Shown piece after piece: positions 1 through 9,999 of a DNA stretch of 64,000 nucleotides. This DNA is from Marsupella aquatica (taxonomy: Eukaryota > Plantae > Marchantiophyta). Under the pieces are notes generated by a model that saw nothing but the letters and a program-made list of their open reading frames with translations, made no database searches and was not told the DNA's origin. The position numbers were made by a program, and so were the translations under genes. Numbering within the stretch: the first letter of the stretch is position 1; every line of letters starts with the position of its first letter. Location of the stretch: contig OZ316891.1 of assembly GCA_973895155.1 (NCBI GenBank), positions 25,605,899-25,669,898 on the forward strand. The letters run 5' to 3'.

Positions 1-896
1 AACATCCCAACCTGGATCCATGAGAGATGCAAGTAGATCTTCTGAGACTGGTTTAAAAACATAAAATGTCTTGGTTTGTCGCATTCCAATGTCCACTTGG
101 ACATGAAATAGATCGACCATGATGTGGAATGGCATGAACCAGTTAATTCTACAAACACGACCACCTGTGCTGGGTTTCATTGCCATATGAAAGTCAGAAA
201 ACAGTCTAGCACAAAAGGACTCAGTAGTACTCATGTCGGGAATTGGCCATGATGGGTCATCAAATGAAGGAAGTGGTATTGGTATAAGTTTCCCAAACTT
301 TCCTTTTCCCAAAGGTGGTACATAAGAAGCATCATAAAATAAAATGCCTGATTCTAGCAACTCCTTATGGGTTCGGGTTCCTCGCATTGCTTCACCAATA
401 ACTCCATGTACCACCACAACCAAATCTAATATAGAATTTGGGTCCTGCCAATCTTCATATTTTGTGGGGTGGAGATCTGTTAGTAGCAAAAAAACAATAA
501 TATCATTAGTAAATATTTGATGCCTACTAATAACTAATGGCAGTTTGCTTAGATAGTTTTATTGCACTGAAAGTAACTTATATATAGGGATCAGAAATTA
601 CACTTACAATTCACCCGGTTGTTGGGTACACCATGTTGACAACGTGACTCCAACTGCAACTGCCGGGGACAATATGCATGTGCAACCAATATAGATTGTA
701 ACACTACTGAATTTGTGGCAAACTTGAACTTCTTTACTTGAGCTATAAAATGTTGTTTAGCCCATGGTCCTCTCTTTGGTGGATTTAAAGTAATCCAAGA
801 GTCGATCTCAATTTTTTTTGGAATCCAAACATGGTCGCTATCCCCTTTAATGTGGATGAGCATTGATTGGATCTCTGAACGAGGCCGCTTTGCCAT
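1..896 (-). CDS. Spliced gene for a BAH-like domain protein, running off the window start (exons 896-608 and 476-<1)
   Basis: ORF 591-896 has a GTAAGT donor at 607 and a CTAACAG acceptor at 477. The phase-1 join gives ...RVN-YLHPTKYEDWQDPNSILDLVVVVH..., open to base 1. The pattern IEIDSWITL / FIAQVKKF / VAHAYCPRQL / NYLHPT..D..I resembles the BAH consensus. Confidence 0.5.
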
Positions 897-3449
897 CGTA
901 GACTCCCTCGCTCCGATGTCTCACAATTCTCTACCCAGATGATCTGCTTCCTTCCGGCTGGACTCTAGAAAGTCGTTCGTCATGAATGGAGCTCCAACGG
1001 CTGGACTCTGGAAAATTGTCCATTATGAATGGAGAGCTCCCATGTCACAAGGGATGAACTGCGATTGAGTAAGGAAGGAGAAGCTTGCACAACGGCATGC
1101 AACAAAGCTCAATACTAATGATTGCACAAGGACATGCGATGAAGCTCAATTCTATCACTGACTGTGCTTTCGATTGGGCATAAAGGAACTTTGATAATTA
1201 ACTTTGAAAATAGAATCCATGACAAGGGAACGGAACAGGGATTGATTGAACGACACACTGGGATCAAAGCAAGTCTGGGCAATAATCCGTCGTAAATGTT
1301 GTCGTTTCGGTACAGTAGGAACAGATCAACACCAAGTCGAGCTTGGAAAATGATTTAACTCAAAAACGCAGGCCCTGCGGTAGCCACGAGGGACGCAGAC
1401 TTAGCGGTAGCCATGAGGGATGCAGACCCTAAATTTTCTGAACCGGAGGTCAAAATAGGAAGCTGCGACGTAATGTTGACAAAAATTGCAATAGGGTGGG
1501 GGCAGAATGGAACGGAACCGTAGCTCAAGTCTGGGTGGGGGCAGAACGGAACCGCAGCTCGACACAAGCAAACTGACAAAGAAACGAGTATGAAAAATGA
1601 ACAAACAGTGCTGCCAGCATCCGCCTTTGCTCAGAGACCCTCAAGACAACCGGTTCCACAGAATGATTGTGAGCCTGAAGTATGTACTGTCATGGGGGGT
1701 TTTCACACACCGTCTCGTCCATGAAGCTCGATAGGTTGACGGATACGACATGAGTAATCAAGAGCCGGCTCAGGATGTCTAGATTCAGAAGCGTAAAGAG
1801 CAGGTATGAGCTATGAAAGTCATCTCATTTCTAATCTTCTTCATCCTGAAACAACCAAAGAAGTAGCCCACCAATTCGAGCAGCTCATTCAATGATTAGC
1901 AGTGAAACTGCAACACATACAGAGGAAGCTAAATGGAAATCCGAGTTGCAATTTACTCGATTGAGCTTCGACAATCGGCAGCAAATTGCAGGTTTCAGTA
2001 CACAAAGGGGAACATCGAGGGCTTTATGTTCTCCTTTGTTGTGGCTCTCTTTCAGTCTCCTTCGCTGCGACGTAACAATGTAAGACCACTTTCCTCCTTC
2101 ATGGCTACATATGAGGGCGGGGCAAATCTTTGTTGCGTCCTGTACGGTCCTCTACGTGACTCTTCGCCTCCTTTCTTTAAAGGCAGAGCGACAATTTTCT
2201 GTTTCAATCAAAAGAAAGTACACGAGTAAGTAATTGGGGCACCCTAGAAGTGACATGGCACACCCACAAATGTACGGAAATTTCAGCCGGGCAGCAGTGG
2301 GCAGATGATTGAAAGTAATTTTGGAAAAGGTCTTTCTTTGTATTGCTTTTGTTTCTAATGCTATACCTCTCACCACGTGGGTCCTAGTTTGATTTCGCCC
2401 AGATTAAGTTAATTTGGTGATGTAACAATTTACATTAATCCAGATGGGTAGGTTGGTCCATATTAATTCCAAATAAAGGCCACTGTTAGTCTGGGATATT
2501 CCTACTTCTGAGATTTGGTACCCTACCACTCCTTTCAAGCAAAACCTCTGTTATAGGCATAAACAGTGTGGAATGGCTCAAAGGAGGCTTGAGTAGGAAA
2601 TGCGTCAGTTTTTTGCTTTCAAGGAGTAGTAATTACATAGTTTTAGTGATTAGCGGAGTTGTTAGGTTTAAGGTAACTTAATAACTAGGGAAGTAGAGTA
2701 GGGAAATAAATTGAGGGAGAGGACATGTTTCTCTAAGAAGTATCAAGAGTTGAGTAAGTTATTTGGTAAGGGCGGAAAAAAATTACGGTAATCGGCAAGT
2801 TGGGCCGAAGGCATGACCGATACTTTTGAGTGATAAGTTTTGCTAAGACTCACCCTATAGGTGCTAGATAGTCCCTAGACCACACATAAAAGTCACAAAG
2901 TCAAGTGGGGTCTTAACCTAGGAGTTGTAAGTATTTTGGCAAAACTTAAAGTTACCAAATAGCGGGTCTCGGGAAAAATAGCTGATGGGAAAAGATAGGG
3001 GTTCCAAGTTGAAAAATAGGTTAAATATGGTCCACTCTATCCCTGGAAACTTGTGGGAGAACTTGGTTACCTTTGGTTACTTTTTGGGAGCATCTCAATT
3101 TTGAGAAGAATTTTGGAAAACATAAGAATTAACCCTCTTTACCTAATTTTAGAAAATTGGTTATAGGGTTTTGTTTAGATCTTAGTAAACCAGGACATAG
3201 TCCTATGTCAAGAGAATCTATGGATCTACTCAAAAGTCCTTTTGGCCTTATGGGTGATTTTTGGCGGTGGGTACAATATGGGCCGGAGAATTATAGTTTT
3301 TCCAAAATAACAAAATCCGACTAAGTGTAAAAACGCTTCGATGAGGCTACCACAAGGCAGGAATAAGTCAAGCACAAGGGCGGCTAGGAGATGGTTGAAT
3401 AGACCAGGCAACCACAAGGTGAAGGAGCTTGAGTAGGAGTGGTAGTTAG

Positions 3450-3765
3450 TTGGACTTTGGTCCTTGGTCCTTGATGGGCTACGTTGGTCCTTGGTCCTTG
3501 GTGGGCTACTTTGGTCCTTGGTCCTTGATGGGTTACGTTGGTCCTTGGTCCTTGGTGGGCTACTTTGGTCCTTGGTCCTTGGTGGGCTACTTTGGTCCTT
3601 GGTCCTTGGTGGGCTACCTTGGTCCTTGGTCCTTGGTGGGCTACTTTGGTCCTTGGTCCTTGGTCCTTGGTGGGCTACCTTGGTCCTTGGTCCTTGATGG
3701 GCTACGTTGGTCCTTGGTCCTTGGTGGGCTACTTTGGTCCTTGGTCCTTGGTGGGCTACCTTGGT
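3450..3765. repeat. Tandem repeat, ~27-bp unit (GGTCCTTGGTCCTTGGTGGGCTACTTT) built from GGTCCTT 7-mers, ~11 copies
   Basis: Directly visible; it generates the repetitive spurious ORFs in 3226-3807. Confidence 0.95.
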
Positions 3766-4074
3766 GTGGTGTGGAAGGAGAATAGTATATAAGGAGGAAG
3801 TTTTCATTTGTTAGGGACCGGGAGTCTCATCTCTTAAGTGGAATCTCTACCTTGCCAAGGTAGGGCTAAGCTTGAGAAGGGAGAGGTGGTCCATGCTTAG
3901 TGTGGAGAATGTATAGTGAACTTTTGTTGTAAAGGTGATGCAATAAAAGGAGACTTGCCAATCTTCATTGTGACCATTAAGTGTGAGTGCATCTGAAGTA
4001 TATGAGAGCAAGAGAAGAGTCCATGCTATGATGTAATCTTGGTCTAAGCTTGAAGGGGATGTGCTAGTACAAAA

Positions 4075-4340
4075 TCAAGGCCAAGGAGGCAAGGTTAAGG
4101 TAGAGCACTACTTTGAGACTTAGAAAGGATTATAGCTTGAGGGTGGAAAGTATTTTGCTTAGTGTGTGGTGTTAACAAGAAGTAAGAACAAGAGGAAGAG
4201 TCCTTAGATAGAGGAGCCTTCTCTAGAGCTCAAAGGGGATGTGTGGACCCAAACCAAGGCCAGGGGGGCAAGGTTGAGGGGTAACACTACTTTGAGGGTC
4301 TTGAGGAGACTTAAGCTTGAAGAGGAAAGTACTTTGGTTC
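4075..4340. repeat. Diverged direct duplication, ~175-bp period
   Basis: The block CAAGG..GGCAAGGTT..CACTACTTTGAG..AGCTTGA..GGAAAGTA occurs at ~4080 and ~4255. Confidence 0.6.
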
Positions 4341-5229
4341 TTGGATGTTTGTGTGAGACTCTTCTCTAAGGTGACAGCTTGGAGCGGAGATCCCCCTTGC
4401 TGATCCTTGGAGTAGAGGAGAGGGGAAGAGTGTGAGTACAAAAATAGTCAAGGGGACTACCTCTCTAGAAGTGGAGAGTTGAAACTACTTATGTATGGAG
4501 TGATTAGACATGTAGGCACATTTCAGAAGTTTTGTCAATCCTTTGTGACCCTGGTATGATATGGAGCAGGTATTAGGTAGTCTTTTGGGGAGAAAAGCCG
4601 CTTAAGCTCCTTGACAAGTGTTTGACAAACAGACCACAACGCCTCCTGCACTCATTATGAACTGCCCAAATGGAGTGGCCAATGCACACCCTTTTATCCT
4701 CACCACAACTTGAATGGACCTTCTCTCAACATCCATTGCTCATGATCAACACTCTCATCTGCAAAGACAATATCCTGCCCCAATGATAGTCTCAAGCTAA
4801 GTCAATTCCCATGCAATGACACTTCATTTTTCCATTTCATTAAAGCCATCCATACCAATTGCAGGGGGCATTGTCATCCACTGAGGTAGACTAAATAAAC
4901 ACAAAGTAATATTACTAAATAAAATATAGTCATGAGAAACTAGAGTTGGGGTCTAATCTTCTAGAATGGAACCTTTAGGCAGTGATAGGGCCCACCAAAA
5001 TTTATATGGATGCAAAGAATCATGAGATTTCGAGTATGTCAAAATACTTTGTCATCGTTTCTATTCATATTCAAAGAATTGCATGCATATTTCTGAACTT
5101 TATGGTACTAGAATGCCCATTTCATGCAGTGCAATAGCACTCTGAGATACGTCTGACTTTGTCTCTTGGTAAAGAAAGTACAAATGTGCTAAGTCTTCAT
5201 CGGGTGTTCGGCCATGGCTAAGTCTTCGC

Positions 5230-5690
5230 CGGGTGTTCGGCCAATTGCTATTGGGGAGGTTTTTCTTTGACTTGTGTCTCGCACATTTTCCTTGCAGTTT
5301 TGCTCTGCACTATCGGATCATCTCTCTCCACATCAGTTTGCAGTGGGCGTTCCGGGCGGTTGTGAGACAGTTATTGCGGGTATTTGAGCTACCTTGGACC
5401 TCCACCCTGATTGGGTTGTCCTCTAGGTTGATGTCTCTAACGCTTTTAATACGGTTTCTCGGGCAGCCATTTTTCGTGCTTTGAAGGTGGCGGATCCAGA
5501 CATCCAATCCCTGATCCCCTTTGTCCGTTATTTTTATGGACTCAAGGCCCCACTCTTCTATAGTCATCACTCCTCTACAGGAGTGTATACCACTCTTTCT
5601 TCTGCAGAAGGTACACGTGATGGTGACCTCTTGTGTGGGCCTCTTTTTGTCATTGCCCATTTTATAGCTTTACAAGAAGTCGCTGTCGTG
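5230..5690 (+). mobile_element. Fragment of a CRE-like non-LTR retrotransposon, N-terminal half of the reverse transcriptase (degenerate)
   Basis: Translation gives QFAVGVPGGCETVIAGI*ATLDLHPDWVVL*VDVSNAFNTVSRAAIFRALK...FVRYFYG..APLFY...SAEGTRDGDLLCGPLF: the RT motifs D..NAFN and G..QGDPL. Confidence 0.8.
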
Positions 5691-5771
5691 GGGATTCTTT
5701 GTTTAGTAAGTTCCTCCTAAGTATAGCTTAGTAGTATAGGATAGTAGTTTGAATTCTCGCATTATATGTAG

Positions 5772-6282
5772 TCTATAGTGTGCATGCTATAGTGCATGAC
5801 CTACAGTGTGCATGCTACAGTGTACAATCTACAGTGTGCATACTATAGTGTACGGTCTATAGAGTGCATGCTATAGTACATGGTCTATAGTATGCATGAT
5901 ATAGTGTACGATCTATAGTGTGCATGCTACAATGCAAGACCTACAATGTGCATGCTACAATGTACGATCTACAATGTACATGCTACAGTGTACGATCTAC
6001 AGTGTGCATGCTACAGTGTACAATCTACAGTGTGCATGCTATAGTGTACGGTCTATAGAGTGCATGCTATAGTGTACAATCTACAGTGTGCATGCTACAA
6101 TGTATAATCTACAGAGTGCATGCTACAGTACACGGTCTACAGTATGCATGCTACAGTGTACAATCTACAGTGTGCATGCTACAATGCAAGACCTATAGTG
6201 TGCATGCTACAGTGTACAATCTACAGTATGCATGCTATAGTGTACAATCTATAGTGTGCATGCTACTGTGTACGATCTACAG
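5772..6282. repeat. Minisatellite, 28-bp unit (CTACAGTGTGCATG-CTACAGTGTACAAT; two related 14-mers), ~18 copies
   Basis: Directly visible. Confidence 0.95.
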
Positions 6283-6499
6283 TTGCTCCACTCACGTAAC
6301 TACAGTACTAGCACACTTACTTGCCTTGGGATGTGTGACACATGGCTTTCATCCGTGTGCCATGCTTGATCCGTGTGCTTGAGGTGTGAGCACTATAAAT
6401 AAAGAGGAGAGGGGCTCTCTTCCCTCACTCTATATTTTTTTCATCAACTGAGTTGTGAAGCCTTAAGAATCCATTGGACTTGATGACCTCCTCTATAAA

Positions 6500-6770
6500 T
6501 ATAACCCTTATGAAGTAGACCCACTCATACACGCTTGCTTAGAGCTTTGGCTTGGCCAGAGATATTTTGTATGAGTTGGACCTTCAAGTGTTATCATTTG
6601 ATAGGAGATGGTTATTAAGTCCTAAAGAGATGCAAAGTGCTCAACAATACCTTAACATCATATGCTCCTTTTGGGTAAAACCCTTATGAAGTAGACCTAC
6701 GCATGCACGCTGGCTTGGAGCTTAGCTCAGTCAGTGGTAATTTGTATGCGTTGGACCTTCAGATAGTATT
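6500..6770. repeat. Diverged direct duplication, ~176-bp period
   Basis: ACCCTTATGAAGTAGACC..GCTT..TTGTATG.GTTGGACCTTCA occurs at ~6504 and ~6680. Confidence 0.7.
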
Positions 6771-6886
6771 TTCATTCAAAAGAAGATAAACTTATTAAGA
6801 TGAACATCTGCATGTATATACTTAGAGTTAACTCAATGCACAATATTTGTTTGAAATGAATGATCTTTTCGTTGAATGATTCTAAA

Positions 6887-6918
6887 CACAGTGACGGACC
6901 AAACGAGAAGTGTGACCA
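6887..6918 (+). repeat. Left terminal inverted repeat
   Basis: CACAGTGACGGACCAAACGAGAAGTGTGACCA, followed by an inverted subterminal TACTTCTCGTTT copy. Confidence 0.88.
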
Positions 6919-7228
6919 TACTTCTCGTTTTGCCCGCGGCGAAAAAAATTTCTAAGGCAAAAAAGTCTTGGATACGGAATTAGTATTCCCCCTAAAAACT
7001 AGTTTTTTGGTTTCAAAAATGGGAAAAATCGAAGTGAATACGAAGATGGGATACGGCGTATCCCATCTTGGATCCAACCGCGGAATTCCCCCCCAAAAAA
7101 AAATGCAGTAAAAGTGCCGATATTGTTTTACCTGTTAAGAATATTCCCATACGAGTCTTCTCAACGGTAACATTTAACCGACTGCGCTGCAATTGCAGTC
7201 AAATACTAACCACGGTCAGGGAAAAAAC

Positions 7229-7236
7229 TATAAATA
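7229..7236 (+). promoter_or_regulatory. Putative TATA box of the first cargo transcript
   Basis: TATAAATA, then a CT-rich leader and a CAG|GTGAG donor at 7356. Confidence 0.45.
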
Positions 7237-7384
7237 GGAGATCCCCGCTTGAAAATTTTCCGCTCATTTCTTCTCGCTCTCTATCCTCTTCCTCTCGACG
7301 AATGCCCACCGTCTATACAAACTCGTATTCCCTAAAAATCAGATTTGACTAACAGGTGAGAATCTTCATGCAAATGGCAAGGAC

Positions 7385-7860
7385 GAATCCCAAATGGGAT
7401 ACGGCGTATCCCGTTTGGGATTCAACCTTCAAATATCCAGTTTTTGTTTCTGTTTAGTTAAAAAAGGAGGTTGGATGCAAAGTGGGATACGAGGTATCCC
7501 ATATCGCATCCAACCTCCGAATATGAAGTATCTTAGCCTCCAAATGTCAAAACCTCAACGTTGAATGCGAAATGGGATACGGCGTATCCCGTTTGGGATT
7601 CACCCTTCAAATGTCCAGTTTTGATTTCTCTTTAGCTGGAAAAGGAGGTTGGATGCAAAGTGGGATACGGGGTATCCCATATCGCATCCAACCTCCGAAT
7701 AATAAGTATCTTAGTCTCCAAATGTCAAAACCTCAACGTTGAATGCGAAATGGGATACGGCGTATCCCGTTTGGGATTCAACCTTCAAATGTCCAGATTT
7801 GGTTTCTCTTTAGCTAAAAAAGGAGGTTGGATGCAAAGTGGGATACGACGTATCCCATGT
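7385..7860. repeat. Palindrome array 1: ~178-bp tandem unit with two palindromes each (6 palindromes, ~89-bp spacing), inside predicted intron 7356-7922
   Basis: Alternating GAATGCGAAATGGGATACGGCGTATCCCGTTTGGGATTC and GGATGCAAAGTGGGATACGnGGTATCCCATATCGCATCC; a further single copy at 7043-7069. Confidence 0.92.
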
Positions 7861-8019
7861 GGTATCTCCCTAGAGTTTTCTTGGCATGGGAAAAATCTTA
7901 TGGATTGCTGATTGTTTCGCAGGCGAAGTTCAACTAAACATGCACTGAAGCTCTTGCTGCCTTTCAGTGACTCAAGCTTTTGCTTTCCTGGAAAAACAAC
8001 GTTTTCTCTTGTGAGTCTA

Positions 8020-8346
8020 ATGGCGGTCCAGAATCAAGACCGTGAGAAACGTGCTCGTCGATTGTATAAGCGATTAGTTGCACTCAAAGTTCTCCGTCCT
8101 GGATTAGGAGCGCTATGGACGGGAGGCGTGGATCCACATGATAGTTTGAATCCACTCCAAATAGAGTTTTGTGAAAAAAATGAAGACGGAGTTTCGATTC
8201 GGTCGAGGATATGTTTGAGTGGTTGTCTGCACTCTGTTAATTCTTCTTGTAATTATTGTCGTGATGCCCGAAACAAATATCATCGATTAGCATATTTGTG
8301 TTGTCGGATTTGGAACGAAGATCCTTGGGTTAACTTATTGCGTTGA
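8020..8346 (+). CDS. Small basic Cys/His-rich transposon protein of unknown function (~108 aa)
   Basis: ATG at 8020 follows the acceptor at 7922; MAVQNQDREKRARRLYKRL...CLSGCLHSVNSSCNYCRD..YHRLAYLCC. ORF is intact. Confidence 0.5.
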   Translation: MAVQNQDREKRARRLYKRLVALKVLRPGLGALWTGGVDPHDSLNPLQIEFCEKNEDGVSIRSRICLSGCLHSVNSSCNYCRDARNKYHRLAYLCCRIWNEDPWVNLLR

Positions 8347-8561
8347 ATCTTCTTGATTAGTGTGTAAGTGTTTAGGTGAACGTTCTTGGGTCAAAACTTT
8401 TTTGAATATATTTTTCTTTTGATCAAAGAAATAAAATCAGTTTTTCCATCATTATTTTGTAGGTTGCAGAGAAAGTGCTCACCATCTCATTTATTACTCC
8501 AGGTATCCACCCTTGTTTTGGAATGGCCGTCACTGAGAACCCTGTCTTTACAAGGTTAGCG

Positions 8562-9092
8562 ATGTCATTCGACATAGAGAAGAAACAAATTCAGTAGAAA
8601 AGTGGCCAAAGGGAATTCAAATTGCTTTTGGATGGACTTCCTGATGAGATTGTTGAAACGTTCATTTGGCCCATTTTGAAAGTTTGTTGTATAGAGGATG
8701 AATTTGATTCCTCCAAGAACCAAGCTGATGAAAGATTGATGCAATTAAAAACAATGGTGTGGCTTGGATGCACCTCCAAGAAATGGAACCAGCTCGTAAT
8801 TTGTACACGAGTTTGGGGTACTCTTAGACTAGCAAGAAGCCAGTTTGAGGAAGTAAATGAAATGCTAACAAACATTCCCAATGGAAAACCCCTTCAGAAT
8901 GTTCATATTGAAGCTTTTGTTAGGATGGAAACACCGAATCTTCCTCCAATCGATTTCTTAGGTTTATTTTCAAGGTCTGACCTAAATTGATTTCAAGAAG
9001 ACTGGCACAATCTTGAGAAAGATGAGCAAGCAAGGCTCTTGGAAATGTATGGGGAAGCTTAGAGCTTTATTTTGTGGCACAATTCCGGATGA
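8562..9092 (+). pseudogene. F-box-like protein, interrupted by in-frame stops
   Basis: LLDGLPDEIVETFIWPIL...LGCTSKKWNQLV...VW matches the F-box pattern (LP.E+...I; ..V(S/C)K.W..L....+W). Stops at ~8595, 8988 and ~9060. Confidence 0.6.
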
Positions 9093-9227
9093 ATAAAGAG
9101 TTTTGTGATTCTACCCTTACATCAACCCCATTTGCTAAGCGTAAAATCTATTTGGTTTAATCCAAGGACATGGGGATATGCCTAATCTAAATCTAGTCAG
9201 AAACAAAGTCCTATCAAGCAAAAAAAG

Positions 9228-9235
9228 TATAAATA
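9228..9235 (+). promoter_or_regulatory. Putative TATA box of the ParB-MTase-Ulp1 transcript
   Basis: TATAAATA, then a pyrimidine-rich leader and a CAG|GTAAA donor at 9442. Confidence 0.45.
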
Positions 9236-9483
9236 GACCTCCGGACTCCAACCCTTCGCTTTTGAATTCACCTTATCGCCTGTGTCCTTGGATTAAACCA
9301 AATAGATTATCGCCTTATCGCCTGGTCAGAAAGTGCACGCTCATTTCTTTTCCTTCTCAACTCCGTTTGCCTTTGCGTTTTTCTCGGGCCGCAACATCTC
9401 TATAGCTTTTTGTATTTGCTCGAATCGAAACAAAAAAACAGGTAAAACCTCAAGAAACTCTCCCCTCCTTGGCGCACTTCATT

Positions 9484-9998
9484 GTTGAATCCTGAGTGGG
9501 ATACGTCGTATCCTCATTTGCATTCAACTCTATTCTTTGCACTTCTATTCGAAGAACAAAACTTTTCAATGTTGAATACGAGATGGGATACCGCGTATCC
9601 CATCTCGCATCCAACACCCTCTTTTTAGTATTCCATCGGAACCTCCTGGCTGTTTGTTGACTTTGAATACGAAATGGGATACCGCGTATCCCATTTTGGA
9701 TTCAACTACATCTCTCTGGTCTTTTATTGCAAAGTACTAGAAATTCCTGATGTTTAGGGTTTAGCGCCTTTGCGGAGGATCATTGCAAAAATAGCCGCAT
9801 TGGATGATGTTGGATACAAACCGGGATACCCCGTATCCCATTTCGCATTCAACTCCCTATTTTTTGTTCTTTGCATTAGACTAGGCAATTGTTGATGTTG
9901 GATGCAAAGTGGGATACCTCGTATCCCATTTCGCATTCAACTCCCTATTTTTTGTTCTTTGCATCGGACTCGAGGCAATTGTTGATGTTGGATGCAAT
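9484..9998. repeat. Palindrome array 2 (5 palindromes plus a truncated sixth)
   Basis: GTTGAATnCGAnATGGGATACnnCGTATCCCATnTCGCATTCAAC-type copies at ~9490, 9572, 9665, 9810 and 9898; the next copy breaks off at TTGGATGCAA (~9998). Confidence 0.9.
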
Positions 9999-9999
9999 A

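Larger units (their letters stand above)
2420..4630. mobile_element. Possible LTR-like or other retroelement-derived non-coding segment
   Basis: Purine-skewed non-coding tract with internal tandem repeats, a TATA-like TATATAAG (~3787) and TGTAAC...TGACA ends. No TSD or PBS confirmed. Confidence 0.25.

Noticed and set aside
3226-3807. 193-aa ORF and overlapping repetitive ORFs
   Set aside because: Products of a 27-bp tandem repeat that is open in several frames.
4620-4890. Possible degenerate exon on the minus strand
   Set aside because: Stops in all frames and no recognisable domain.
6887-6915. RAG/Transib recombination signal sequence
   Set aside because: The heptamer matches but there is no ACAAAAACC nonamer at 12 or 23 bp, and the transposase motifs are not RAG1-like.
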